Shown here piece after piece: positions 36,565 to 45,279 of a stretch of DNA of 64,000 bases. This stretch comes from Planctomycetota bacterium. Its GTDB lineage: Bacteria; Planctomycetota; B15-G4; SIAN01. The notes below the pieces were generated by a model, which was not told the DNA's origin, did no database searches, and was given only the letters and a program-made list of their open reading frames with translations. Each line of letters opens with the position of its first letter. The stretch's first letter is position 1. The DNA is taken from the NCBI GenBank assembly GCA_031409275.1, contig JANNXA010000027.1:1-64000 (forward strand), written 5' to 3'. A program made the translations under genes and the position numbers.

Positions 36565-39100
36565 AGCGCCGCTCGCCATCGAACCAGCGCGTCGCGACCT
36601 CGAAGCCGGCGTTCGCCGCGAGCGCGTCGAGCTCCTCGGGCGCGTACTTCCACGAGTCCTCGGTGTGGATCGACTCGCCCGCGGCGAAGTCGAAGCGTGC
36701 GCCGAGGAGGTCGAGGTGCACTTCCTGTGCGCGCAGGCTTTCCAGGCGCATCTCGACGCGTCCGTCGTTGGCGTGCCAGCAGGCTCGATGGCGGAACGCG
36801 GTGAGGTCGAAGTCGCCGTCGAGTTCCCGATTGAGGCGCGCCAGCAGGTTGAGGTTGAAGCTTGCGGTGACGCCGGCCGCGTCGTCGTACGCCGCTTCGA
36901 GCGTGGCCGCGTCCTTGCGCAGGTCGGCTCCCAGCAGCAGTCGATCGTCGCGCGCGAGGCGAGCGCGCACGCCGGCCAGGAACTTCGCGGCGGCGTCGCG
37001 CGTGAAGTTCCCGACGTTGCTCCCGAGCCACAGCACGAGCTTCCGGCCCGGTGCCACCGCGTCGAGCTGCGCGATGCCATCGCCGTACTCGGCCGCGATG
37101 GCGACCACCTCGAGCGTCGCGAAGCGCTCGCGCAGCGTCGCTGCACTCTGCGCGAGCGCTGTCGGCGAGATGTCGATCATCACGTAGCGCAGCGTCGCGC
37201 GCTGATCGAGCAGCGCGGCGAGCAGGCGCTGCGTCTTCGCGGCGCTGCCGCTGCCGAGCTCGACGATGGTCGCGTCGGCCGGAGTCGCCGCCGCGATCGC
37301 GTGAGCGTGGCTCGCCAGCAACTCGTCCTCGGCGCGCGTGACGTAGTACTCGGGCGTCGCGCCGATCTCCTCGAACAGGCGTGAGCCGACGTCGTCGTAG
37401 AACCAGCGGCACGGCAGCGACTTCGCTTTCGCCGAGAGTCCCGCCACCGCATCCTCGGCCAGGCGCACGAAGGGCGGGCCGCCCATGCCTTCCCGCCAAC
37501 CCGAAGCGGCGAGGCGCGCCGCGTAGCGCTGCAGGCGGTCCGCGAGCGCGCGATCGCCGTCGACGCGGCCGCGCGCGAGCGCGAGCGTGCCGGCGTCGTC
37601 CGCCTCGAACCAACCGGGGAAGGCGCTGCCCATCACCGCCAGGGTGGCAGGCGTGCGCGCGACCAGCACGGGGCGACCGCTCGCGAGTGCCGGCACCAGC
37701 TCGGCGACGTTGCGAGCGATGGCGACCGACGACGCCACGGAAGCGCGATGCGTTGCGGCCTGCGGCGCGGTGGCGTCGGCCGTGTTCGGAACCAGTTCGA
37801 CTTCGACGGTGGCGACTGCAGCGCGCGCGCGCGCGAACGCGGCGCGGCTCGAGTTCGCGTCGCTGGCGAGCACCCACGCGAGATGGGGGAACGTCTCGGG
37901 ATGGGGCGGCGCGTGCATCACGTCGCCCGGCTCGACGCAAAGTCCCGCCGTGAGCGCCGGCATCGTCGCGATCGCGGCGATGCGCGCGGCCGCGGCGGCG
38001 ACGCCGTGCACGGTGTGTTCGCCGAAATGGCAGCGGTAGGCGAGCGCGTGGCGTCGCTCGTGCGGACCGCCCTCGAGGCGGCGGTAGTCGGGCGACTCGC
38101 CCAACGCGACCGCGATGGCGAGCTCGAACGGGTCGCGACCTGCCGCCTGCGCGAAGAGCTGCCAGAGGCCGTGGTCCTCGCCGAGCCGTCCGTTCACCTC
38201 GATCACCTGCGGTCCGTGCGGCGTCGCCCGCAGCTCGACGGAGAACCCGGCGTGATCGAGTCCGAGCGCCGTCACGGCGCGCTCGCCGGTCGTGCAGAGC
38301 GCGCGGCCGCGGTCGAAATCGAGATCGGCGGGGAGCAGGTAGCCCTCGAAATAGAGATGCGGCGGCGGAGTCTGCACCTGTTCGAGCGCCCCGAAGCAGC
38401 GCGCCTTGCCGTTCCCGACGAAGCCATCGATCTCCATGGGCAGCCCGGCGGCGAAGCTCTCGCACAGGAAATGGCGGGTTGGATCGGGACCGAGTTCGAG
38501 GCCGGCGGCGCGCGCGAACTCGACGAGGCGGGCGACGTCGAGCGAATGGGGAAGCGCCGCCTGCAGCCGCTCGACCGCGGCGTCGAGCTCCTGCGCGTCG
38601 TCGACCTTCACGACGAGACGCGCCATGGTCGACGCGAACGGCTTCAAGATCACCGGAAATCCATGCGCGGCGGCGAAGGCACGTGCTTCGCCGCGTCCGC
38701 TGCAAAGGGCGAACGCCGGTTGTCCGACGTTCGTCGCCGCGAGCGCTTCGCGTGTGCGCGCCTTGCTGATCGTGCGCAGGACCGCGGCAGGCGACGGCGC
38801 GGGCCATCCGCGCGGCGCGGCGAACAGCGATCCGCTCGGCAGCGAGGCTTCGGTCTGCAGCAGGATCCCATCGAGCCGCGCCAGCGCCGGCGCCTTCGCG
38901 AGCGCCACCACCACGTCCGCGACCCGTTCCGCCGGCGGCAGGAGCACCGCATCGGCGTAGAGCGAGCGATCGGCCGGCGCGATCCAGTCGTCGCCGAGGA
39001 TCAGCTCGATCTGGTGCGCGGCGAGCCAGGCGCGGTGGCGCCCCAGCAGTTCGCGACGCACGCGCCCTTCGCCCGGGTAGAGATGGAGCAGCCGTCGCAT
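36536..39100 (-). CDS. Fusion protein: ATP-grasp ligase + GT-B-like linker + EgtD-type L-histidine N-alpha-methyltransferase
   Basis: Single ORF, GAGG before ATG 39100. ATP-grasp: SKARTR, FPVILKP, CESF, VELR, IEVNGRLG. EgtD: FYDDVGSRLFEEI...PEYY, ELGSGS, GSNVGNF, AYDDAAGVTASFNLN, VEMRL, IHTEDSWKY. Confidence 0.88.
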   Translation of the reverse strand: MRRLLHLYPGEGRVRRELLGRHRAWLAAHQIELILGDDWIAPADRSLYADAVLLPPAERVADVVVALAKAPALARLDGILLQTEASLPSGSLFAAPRGWPAPSPAAVLRTISKARTREALAATNVGQPAFALCSGRGEARAFAAAHGFPVILKPFASTMARLVVKVDDAQELDAAVERLQAALPHSLDVARLVEFARAAGLELGPDPTRHFLCESFAAGLPMEIDGFVGNGKARCFGALEQVQTPPPHLYFEGYLLPADLDFDRGRALCTTGERAVTALGLDHAGFSVELRATPHGPQVIEVNGRLGEDHGLWQLFAQAAGRDPFELAIAVALGESPDYRRLEGGPHERRHALAYRCHFGEHTVHGVAAAAARIAAIATMPALTAGLCVEPGDVMHAPPHPETFPHLAWVLASDANSSRAAFARARAAVATVEVELVPNTADATAPQAATHRASVASSVAIARNVAELVPALASGRPVLVARTPATLAVMGSAFPGWFEADDAGTLALARGRVDGDRALADRLQRYAARLAASGWREGMGGPPFVRLAEDAVAGLSAKAKSLPCRWFYDDVGSRLFEEIGATPEYYVTRAEDELLASHAHAIAAATPADATIVELGSGSAAKTQRLLAALLDQRATLRYVMIDISPTALAQSAATLRERFATLEVVAIAAEYGDGIAQLDAVAPGRKLVLWLGSNVGNFTRDAAAKFLAGVRARLARDDRLLLGADLRKDAATLEAAYDDAAGVTASFNLNLLARLNRELDGDFDLTAFRHRACWHANDGRVEMRLESLRAQEVHLDLLGARFDFAAGESIHTEDSWKYAPEELDALAANAGFEVATRWFDGERRFSENLLAPR

Positions 39101-39181
39101 CGAGGCCTCACGTCGCATGGGAGAGCTGCGAGGGCGCGATCTTCGGCGAGCGGTCGCTCCACTGCTAGTGTTCCGTTCCTC

Positions 39182-40678
39182 ATGTGGCACCCTACTCCCG
39201 CGATTCGCCACCCGCTGCCGCCGGCGAACTGGCCAACGGCGGAGGAGGCGGCGCGCAGTCGCTGGTTCCAGCCGGTGCGCATCGCCGGCGTGACGCTGGC
39301 GCAGCGAACCTGGGTTCCGGCGATGGTGCCGTGGCGCGCCAGCGACGACGGGATGGTGACGGACGACGTCGTCGATTGGTACGCCCGCTTCGCCGCGGGT
39401 CGTCCCGGCGCGATCGTGGTCGAGGCGACCGGCATCCGCGACGTGCCGAGCGGCCCGCTGCTGCGCATCGGCGACGATCGTTTCGTGCCGGGACTGCGCC
39501 GCCTCGTCGAGGCGGTCCGGGACGCGAGCGGTGGCGCGACGCGGCTGTTCGTGCAGTTGATCGACTTCCTCGCGGTCAAGCGGCGGCCGAGCAAGGAGAA
39601 GTACTTCGGCCGTCACCTCGAATTGACGGCGCGCCATCGTTCTGCGCTGGCCGCGGCCACGGCCGACGATTCCTGGCTCGTCGCGCCGGAACCGCAGCTG
39701 CGCGACTTCCTCGCCCGCGCCGACCTGTCGCTGCTCGAATCGCTGCTCGACGCGCGCGAACTCGAGGCCTACCGCTTCGGCTACCGCGAGCGGGTCACCG
39801 ACACGCACCTAAATCACGTGCGCGACTTGCCGACGACGTTGCCGCCGCTCTTCGCCACGGCGGCGAGTCGTGCGCGTCGCGCCGGCTTCGATGGCGTCGA
39901 GCTCCACTACGCGCACGCCTACACCATGGCGTCGTTCCTCTCGCGGCTGAACACGCGCAAGGACGGCTACGGCGGTTCGCGTCCGGAGCGCGTCCGTCTT
40001 GCGCTCGAGGTGGCGCGCGCGGTCCGTCGCGCCGTCGGCAGCGACTACGCGATGGGGGTGCGCTTCCTCGGCGACGAGGGGATCGAGGGAGGCAGCCGGA
40101 TCGACGATGCGACGTGGTTCGCGCTCGAGTTCGCGCGCGCCGGCTTCGACTTCCTCTCGATCAGCAAGGGCGGCCGCTTCGAGGACGCCAAGCAGCCGGC
40201 GGTCGGCGTCGCGGTCTATCCCTACACCGGTCCGAGCGGCTACGAGTGCATGCCCACCGTGCTCTCCGACGCGCAGGGGCCGTTCGGCCGCAACGTGCCG
40301 CTCGCGGGCGCGATCCGTCGCCGACTGCGTGAAGTCGGCTACGACACGCCGGTGGTCACGGCGGGGGGCATCGCCACCTTCGAGCAGGCCGAGCAGATCC
40401 TCGCCCACGGCGACGCGGACATCGTCGCCGCCGCTCGCCAGTCGCTCGCCGATCCCGACTGGTTCCTGAAGATCCGCCTCGGCCATGGCGCCGCGGTCCG
40501 TCGCTGCGAGTTCACCAACTACTGCGAGGGGCTCGACCAGATGCACAAGCAGGTCACCTGCAAGTTGTGGGATCGGATCGACCGCGACGGTGCCGACGTC
40601 AAGCGGAGCCTCGATGGCCGCCGCCTCATCGCGCCGGCGTGGGTGCCACCGCCCGAATTGGCGCGTCCGACGAACTGA
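39182..40678 (+). CDS. NADH:flavin oxidoreductase (Old Yellow Enzyme-like)
   Basis: VPAMV, IVVEATG, AGFDGVELHYAHAY, NTRKDGYGG, AGGI, ARQSLADPDW; C-terminal CEFTNYC...C. Confidence 0.9.
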   Translation: MWHPTPAIRHPLPPANWPTAEEAARSRWFQPVRIAGVTLAQRTWVPAMVPWRASDDGMVTDDVVDWYARFAAGRPGAIVVEATGIRDVPSGPLLRIGDDRFVPGLRRLVEAVRDASGGATRLFVQLIDFLAVKRRPSKEKYFGRHLELTARHRSALAAATADDSWLVAPEPQLRDFLARADLSLLESLLDARELEAYRFGYRERVTDTHLNHVRDLPTTLPPLFATAASRARRAGFDGVELHYAHAYTMASFLSRLNTRKDGYGGSRPERVRLALEVARAVRRAVGSDYAMGVRFLGDEGIEGGSRIDDATWFALEFARAGFDFLSISKGGRFEDAKQPAVGVAVYPYTGPSGYECMPTVLSDAQGPFGRNVPLAGAIRRRLREVGYDTPVVTAGGIATFEQAEQILAHGDADIVAAARQSLADPDWFLKIRLGHGAAVRRCEFTNYCEGLDQMHKQVTCKLWDRIDRDGADVKRSLDGRRLIAPAWVPPPELARPTN

Positions 40679-40687
40679 GCCGGTCGC

Positions 40688-43600
40688 TCAGCTCGACTCG
40701 TCGGTGGGCGCCAGCGCTTCCTGCGCCGACTTCCACCACGCGCGCCAGCGGGCGACCGCCTCCTTGCGCAGCCGCTCAGCGGCGTTGGCGTCGAACGCCT
40801 GGCTGCGTCCGGCGAGTGCGACCAGGAGCTCGTCGGCCCACGCGCGCGCCTGCGCCTCTTCCAGTTCGAGGCAGACCAGCAGCAGCGGCACCAAGGCGCG
40901 GCGACCGTTCTCGCGCAGCGCGGCGAGGACGGCGGCGTAGCGCTCCGGCTCGCTCGCCTTCGCCGCGGCGATCCGTGCCGGCAGCGCATGGGCATCGAGG
41001 AGGCGCAGCCCTTCGCGAACATCCGCCCGTCGCGCCGGCTCGGTGGAGAGGAAGCCCGCCTCGTCGAGCAGCATGTCGATGGCGCTGCGGTTCGACAGCG
41101 CGCGCATCGCCCGGGCGATCTCCTCCTTCACGCCGCCGTCCGGCTCGATCGTCTGGCGCGCGATCAGTGGAGCGAGAGCGGCGATGCTGCCGAGCTGGCC
41201 GAGCGTGCGTGCGGCGAAGCGGCGCACGTGGACGCGCTCGTCGGCGAGGCGGTGGGCGAGATCGGGGATGCAATCGGGGTGAGCCGCGCGGCCGACGGCA
41301 CGGAAGAGGCGCTCCTGCACCGTGGCATCCGGTTCGTCGAGCAGGCCGAGCAGGTCGGTGAGGATCGACGAGGTGGCCACGTGGGCGAGGACCTCTGCGG
41401 CGTCCTGACGCGCGACGAGGTCGCCGCTGCTCCGGAGCAGCTGCATCAGCGGCGCCTGCGCGGAGGTGCCGAGCTCCTCTTCGATGCGGCGCATCGCCAC
41501 CGCGCGCTCGACTTCGCTGCCACCACCGCCGAACTTGGCGAGGAGCGGCTTGGCGAGGTCCGCGAGCGAGCCGGTGACCGAGAGACTGCGCACGTCGGGG
41601 AACTTGTCGTAGCGGTAGTTGACCTCGAGCATCAACGCGCTCATCGCGGTCGCGTAGACGCGGCCGCCGTACTCCTGGTGGGCTCCTTGCGAGTCGAATG
41701 AGCCGCGCTTGCAGCCCTCGTTCTGCTTGTGGATCCGCTGCAGCAACGCCGGCACCAGCGCGTCGTTCCAGCGCTGCCACGAGTCGCCTCCGATCTGGAA
41801 GAGCGCCAACGTCGCGTAGTAGGCGAAGTAGAGGTCGGTGTACTCGGCGCGTGGCAGCTGCCGCAGGCACCACTCCTTGCCGACGGTGAGAGCGGGGTGG
41901 TTGCTCGGTGTGCCCAGCGCCTGGCGGCAGACCATGCCGACGGCGGTGAGGCGCGGCTCCTGCGTCGCGAAGTCGAGCGGCTGCTGGTAGCCGACCCGGT
42001 AGTAGGCCGGTTCCGTGACGCGCTCGATCCACTCGCGCGCCCCGCGGAAGCCGGCGACCTTGAGGCGGGCGTCGTGCGCAGCGACCAGCGCGAGCACCAC
42101 CCAGCCGGTGACCGAGGTGTCGGCGTCGGTGCGCGCCTCGTAGCGCCAGCCGCCGAGGTCGGGATGCTGCGCGAAGATGAGGAAGTCGACGGCGCGCTGC
42201 GCGGCCTGCTTCAGGAACGGGTCGCCGCTGGTGCCGTAGCCCTCGGCCAGCGCCTGCGTGGCGAGCGCGTGCTGGTACATGTACCAGCCGCTGGTCGTGG
42301 TGAACTTGCCGTGGTCCTGCAGTCGCGAGACCAGGAAGTCGAGCCCTCGTTTCACTGCGTCCTGGTGCGGACCGAGTTCGATGGTGCTGCCGCCATGGAT
42401 CAACGCCAGCAGCGACATGCCGGTCAACCCGACGTCGAAGTCGTAGGCGCCGGCGCCGCTGCACGCTTCGCCGCGGCAACGGGTCGCGAAGCCCTGCGCG
42501 CCGAAGCTCCCGTTGGCGGATTGATGGCGGACGAGCCAGTCGAGCGCCTGGGCGACGGCCGCCTCGGTCTGGCGACTGCCCCCCAGCCGTCGCGCCAGTG
42601 CGAAGCGCTCCTCGGGCGAGAAGACCTTGATCGGCGCATCTGGCGACTGGCGCTTCTTGCCGCTGGCGAGCGGAGAGGCGGCGTCGAACGCCTCGATCTC
42701 TTCTGGCTTCGTTTCGAGGCGCGGGGTGAACTCCTCGCGCGCCCCTTTCCACCAGTCGCGCCACCGCTTGACGGCTGCCGCGCGCGCGGGCGACTCGAGG
42801 TTGGCGCCAAAGCCGAAGCTCTTCGCGGTGACGTGCAGCAGCGCGAGGTTCGCCTCGCCGCGCACCACGCTCGAGGAATCCTCGAGCAACTCCAGCAGCG
42901 TTTCGACGGCAAGGTCGCTCGCCTGCGGGATCCCCTCCGTGACCGCCGAAACCGCCAACGCGCGCGCGAGCCGCGTCGCGTAGCCGCGCTTCTCGGCGGC
43001 GACGTCGGTGCGTGCCGTCGTGAGCGCGCGACTGATGGCCGGCAACGCCTTGCTGCCGAGCTCGAGCAACGCTTCGAGTTCGTCGCGGCAAGTGTCGTGC
43101 TTCGTGCGTGCCAGCTTCGCCAGCGCGGTCTCGATCGCCTGCTGCTGCTCGAACGTCAACGTCGGGAACCAGCGGCGCCACCCCCAATCGGTGCCGGCGA
43201 AGTTCTGCGTCCAGAGTCCGTGCGTCGTGTCCGCACCGACACCGAGGTGCGGCCCTGCCGAGACCATGCCGCGATGGTGGCCGGGGCTGTGGTACCACGC
43301 TTCGAACGCGCCGCGTCCGCCGCCTCCGCCCGCGTAGCAGTTCTCGCCGGCGCCGCCGCCGTAGCCGGCGACGCGCACCCGATCGGAGGGGGTGCGCAGC
43401 TTGTCGGTCGGTGAATCGTGGCCGAAGTATTGGAGGTCCTTCATCTCCTGCGAGTGGCCGCGCGCTGCGACCACGAGGCGCTCGTCGAGTTCGAAGGGGG
43501 CGAGCAGCAGCGTGCGGCGGTACTCGTTGGTCGCGACGTAGTTGGCGTACTCCTCCGGATCGGCGCTCGTCAGCGCGCGCGCGTTGTAGAGGTCGAGCGC

Positions 43601-44983
43601 GTCCCACTCGAAGTCGCGCAGCACGATCCGCTCCCACGGCGAGAGGTCGGCGCGCAGCAGTTCTTCGGCGCGCTGCAGGAACGACAGCACGCGGCCCGCT
43701 TTCCAGTGAACCAGCGCGAAGAGCACCTCTTCGAGGCCGGCGCCCGTGCGTCCGGGCAGCACGTGCACCTTCGCGCCTTGCGGCGAGACGGCAGGGAACG
43801 GATCGGCCACCTCGCCGTGCCAGGCGCGCCGGTAGTCGAGCAGTGCCGCCAGCGCCGGTTCGAGCCGCTCGAAGCGAGCGAGCAGCGCCTCGGCGGCGCG
43901 CGGATCGAGGCGCGCGAAGGCGATCTCGTCGTTCTTTCGCAGCTGGGCGTAGAGCTTCGCCTTCTCGGCCAGCTGCTTCCTGAACTCGTCGACCTGCGGC
44001 TGTTGCGGCTTGTCGTACTTGGAGATCAGGTCGAGCGCTGCGGTCGCGATCGGCTGCCAGGCGTCGATCTGGAACAGTCGCTGGCGACGCAGGCTGCTGC
44101 TTTGCCGGTAGGACTGGAGCCAATCGCGCGGCTCCTCGTAGAGCTGCGCGAGCTCGACGACGACGCGGTCGGTCGCCGTCGCGAGGCGCGGTGCGAAGGC
44201 GTCGATGGCACCCGCGGGCGCCGCGATCACCTCGTCGAGCCGCAGCGGAGCGCCGTCGGCGAGCGCCTGTTCGAGGCGCACCGCCAACGCTTCGAGCGCG
44301 CGCCGACGATTGACTTCGGCGGCCGGCAGGAAGGCGGTGCGATGCCATTCGTAGCCACCGTTGGGAGTCGCTTCGCCGCGCTCCTTCGCCAGCAGCGCGT
44401 CGATCCGCTCCTTCTGCGCCGGGTCGGCCATGAGCGCGACGTGGAGCTGCTCGATGGCGGCGGGGTCGAGGTCGCGCCAGAACGCGAAGCGCGCCAGCTC
44501 GACGCGTTCGCCGGGTGCGAGCGGCAGGGTGACGAGGAACGGGAACGTGAGCGATGGCGGGAAGCTCGCCCACGGTTTCTTCGCGACGACGCCTTCGCGC
44601 GTGAGCGTGACGCCGTCGAGGTCGGCGCCGCTCACCACCAGGTCACCGTCGGGCCATCGCAGCGGCTGACCCTGGTGGGCGGCGTCCTCGATGCGTGCGA
44701 CGAGCTGCGAGAAGAGGCTCGCCTCGGCGAGGAAGTCGGCGGCATCGCTCGCCAGCTGGCGCGCGAGCGCTTCATCGGTGATCCGCGCGACGAGTGTCGC
44801 GAGCTCCGCCTTCGCCGGCGCGAAGGCCAGCGCACGCCGCGCCTCCTGCAGACGGAGCTGCAGCGCCGCGGTCTCTTCGGGGGTGACGGGTGCCGTGGCG
44901 GCGACCGGCGCTGCGACCGGCGGCGCGGGGGCCGCTGCCTCCTGAATCGCCAGGACGACGAGGCTGAAGATCAGTTCGAACAT
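40688..44983 (-). CDS. Large secreted CAP-domain + HEAT + prenyltransferase/squalene-oxidase-repeat protein
   Basis: Signal peptide; CAP motifs NEYR...AARGHSQEM...FGH...GEN...WYHSPGH...WTQNF; ALDWLVRHQ, GGWRY, DTSVTGW, YYATLALFQ, GGRVYATA; C-terminal HEAT repeats. Confidence 0.85.
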   Translation of the reverse strand: MFELIFSLVVLAIQEAAAPAPPVAAPVAATAPVTPEETAALQLRLQEARRALAFAPAKAELATLVARITDEALARQLASDAADFLAEASLFSQLVARIEDAAHQGQPLRWPDGDLVVSGADLDGVTLTREGVVAKKPWASFPPSLTFPFLVTLPLAPGERVELARFAFWRDLDPAAIEQLHVALMADPAQKERIDALLAKERGEATPNGGYEWHRTAFLPAAEVNRRRALEALAVRLEQALADGAPLRLDEVIAAPAGAIDAFAPRLATATDRVVVELAQLYEEPRDWLQSYRQSSSLRRQRLFQIDAWQPIATAALDLISKYDKPQQPQVDEFRKQLAEKAKLYAQLRKNDEIAFARLDPRAAEALLARFERLEPALAALLDYRRAWHGEVADPFPAVSPQGAKVHVLPGRTGAGLEEVLFALVHWKAGRVLSFLQRAEELLRADLSPWERIVLRDFEWDALDLYNARALTSADPEEYANYVATNEYRRTLLLAPFELDERLVVAARGHSQEMKDLQYFGHDSPTDKLRTPSDRVRVAGYGGGAGENCYAGGGGGRGAFEAWYHSPGHHRGMVSAGPHLGVGADTTHGLWTQNFAGTDWGWRRWFPTLTFEQQQAIETALAKLARTKHDTCRDELEALLELGSKALPAISRALTTARTDVAAEKRGYATRLARALAVSAVTEGIPQASDLAVETLLELLEDSSSVVRGEANLALLHVTAKSFGFGANLESPARAAAVKRWRDWWKGAREEFTPRLETKPEEIEAFDAASPLASGKKRQSPDAPIKVFSPEERFALARRLGGSRQTEAAVAQALDWLVRHQSANGSFGAQGFATRCRGEACSGAGAYDFDVGLTGMSLLALIHGGSTIELGPHQDAVKRGLDFLVSRLQDHGKFTTTSGWYMYQHALATQALAEGYGTSGDPFLKQAAQRAVDFLIFAQHPDLGGWRYEARTDADTSVTGWVVLALVAAHDARLKVAGFRGAREWIERVTEPAYYRVGYQQPLDFATQEPRLTAVGMVCRQALGTPSNHPALTVGKEWCLRQLPRAEYTDLYFAYYATLALFQIGGDSWQRWNDALVPALLQRIHKQNEGCKRGSFDSQGAHQEYGGRVYATAMSALMLEVNYRYDKFPDVRSLSVTGSLADLAKPLLAKFGGGGSEVERAVAMRRIEEELGTSAQAPLMQLLRSSGDLVARQDAAEVLAHVATSSILTDLLGLLDEPDATVQERLFRAVGRAAHPDCIPDLAHRLADERVHVRRFAARTLGQLGSIAALAPLIARQTIEPDGGVKEEIARAMRALSNRSAIDMLLDEAGFLSTEPARRADVREGLRLLDAHALPARIAAAKASEPERYAAVLAALRENGRRALVPLLLVCLELEEAQARAWADELLVALAGRSQAFDANAAERLRKEAVARWRAWWKSAQEALAPTDESS

Positions 44984-45279
44984 GGGCCCTGAGTTAGCGC
45001 ATTTCCTTCGTTTCGTCACGCGCGCGACGCCATCGACCCGCGCATCGGCGATCGCGGGCTAGCCCGGCTTGTTCATGATCCCCGTCGCGAGACGACGGGA
45101 TGTCGGCGCTGGACGAGGAGGGGACGTGCGACTTCGACGATGCGGGTTTGCTGACCCGCTGAGGAAGAAGCGCGCGTTCTCGACGAAGTACGGAGTCGGC
45201 AGACCGAGCCGCAGCAGGGGTTTCATGAAAAAGACGGGCTAGAGTCTTTGCCCGTTCTGAACTCGGTGGGGCGCGCGAC

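Noticed and set aside
39101..39808. N-terminal extension of the 1090-aa ORF-track call
   Set aside because: Overlaps the OYE gene on the opposite strand; the RBS-supported start is at 39100.
45000..45279. Several short hairpins in the divergent intergenic region (e.g. ACGGGC/GCCCGT near 45234-45255) as a riboswitch or ncRNA
   Set aside because: No recognisable conserved aptamer motif; short GC stems are expected by chance. A covariance-model search would be needed.
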